Assembly (NCBI GenBank): GCA_016235245.1
Contig: JACRLO010000025.1
Location: forward strand, 12,935 to 36,934
Reading direction: 5' to 3'
DNA: 24,000 bases
Source: Nitrospirota bacterium
GTDB lineage: Bacteria; Nitrospirota; Thermodesulfovibrionia; Thermodesulfovibrionales; UBA6898
The stretch's first letter is position 1. Each line of letters begins with the position of its first letter. The notes under the pieces were generated by a model. It was not told the origin of the DNA. It saw only the letters and a list, made by a program, of their open reading frames with translations, and did no database searches. The translations under genes were made by a program, and so were the position numbers. Of the stretch, positions 23,784-24,000 are shown one piece after another.

Positions 23784-24000
23784 CAGCTTGCAGCCTCCTG
23801 TGCTTCCTCTTCACTTCGACCCCTAAGCCTTGAAACTACATCGGGATCTTTGAGATTCACCAACCCGTCAACGGTTGCCTTAACCGTGTTATAGGGATTA
23901 TTACTGCCAAGTGACTTTGCGACAATATCCTGAATACCGGAGACCTCAAGGATTGCCCTGACCGCGCCGCCTGCAATAAGACCCGTGCCCTTCTGGGCAG
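23783..24000 (-). CDS. rpsE: 30S ribosomal protein S5, C-terminal part (5' end beyond window)
   Basis: Manual minus-strand translation gives ...[72 protein letters not shown], matching the S5 C-terminal domain. It sits before rpmD, as expected. Confidence 0.88.
   Translation of the reverse strand, partial: AQKGTGLIAGGAVRAILEVSGIQDIVAKSLGSNNPYNTVKATVDGLVNLKDPDVVSRLRGRSEEEAQEAAS

Noticed and set aside
1-24000. A selenoprotein gene with in-frame TGA, a SECIS element, or tRNA-Sec (selC) near selA/selB. The 3681-3843 gap was checked in particular.
   Set aside because: - No pair of adjacent same-frame ORFs is separated by a single TGA in a known selenoprotein family.
- The CMD gene has a normal CxxC and a TAA stop.
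- No tRNA-like T-arm (GGTTCGA-type) or UCA anticodon-loop context was seen in the intergenic regions.
- The selAB / Hg-As island adjacency is therefore treated as coincidental.

Overview
Bacterial chromosomal window, moderate GC by eye, with gene content typical of an anaerobe. I saw no rRNA, tRNA, CRISPR array, transposase or integrase. About 33 protein genes are tightly packed.

Layout:
- 1-3680: the selenocysteine machinery. selA is cut by the window edge and selB is complete. A small antisense two-CW cysteine-rich gene splits them.
- 3844-24000: everything is on the minus strand. In transcription order:
  - 24000-17702: the end of the ribosomal protein/secY/rpoA cluster, rpsE-rpmD-rplO-secY-map-infA-rpmJ-rpsM-rpsK-rpsD-rpoA-rplQ. 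There is no adk.
  - A 615-nt AT-rich intergenic region.
  - A monocistronic membrane-anchored octaheme NrfA/ONR-type nitrite reductase gene with its own terminator.
  - napA-napG-napH-napB-napD, the periplasmic nitrate reductase.
  - A six-gene metal(loid) operon: ArsP-like permease, small thioredoxin-like protein, arsR, acr3, hgcA, hgcB.
  - A second module: CDF metal efflux, ECF sigma factor, small CMD/AhpD-like protein.

Most notable observation: the mercury-methylation pair hgcAB carries the diagnostic NVWCAAGK cap helix in HgcA, and CMECGA plus a C-terminal CC in HgcB. It is physically welded to an arsenic-resistance operon by overlapping stop/start codons (arsR/acr3 TGA within 2 nt of ATG, acr3/hgcA TAATG, hgcA/hgcB ATGA). 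Upstream sits a candidate ArsR-type operator inside a near-leaderless promoter. Several proteins of this island end in vicinal-cysteine tails. All functional calls come from reading the translated ORFs and recognising motifs; no database search was run.
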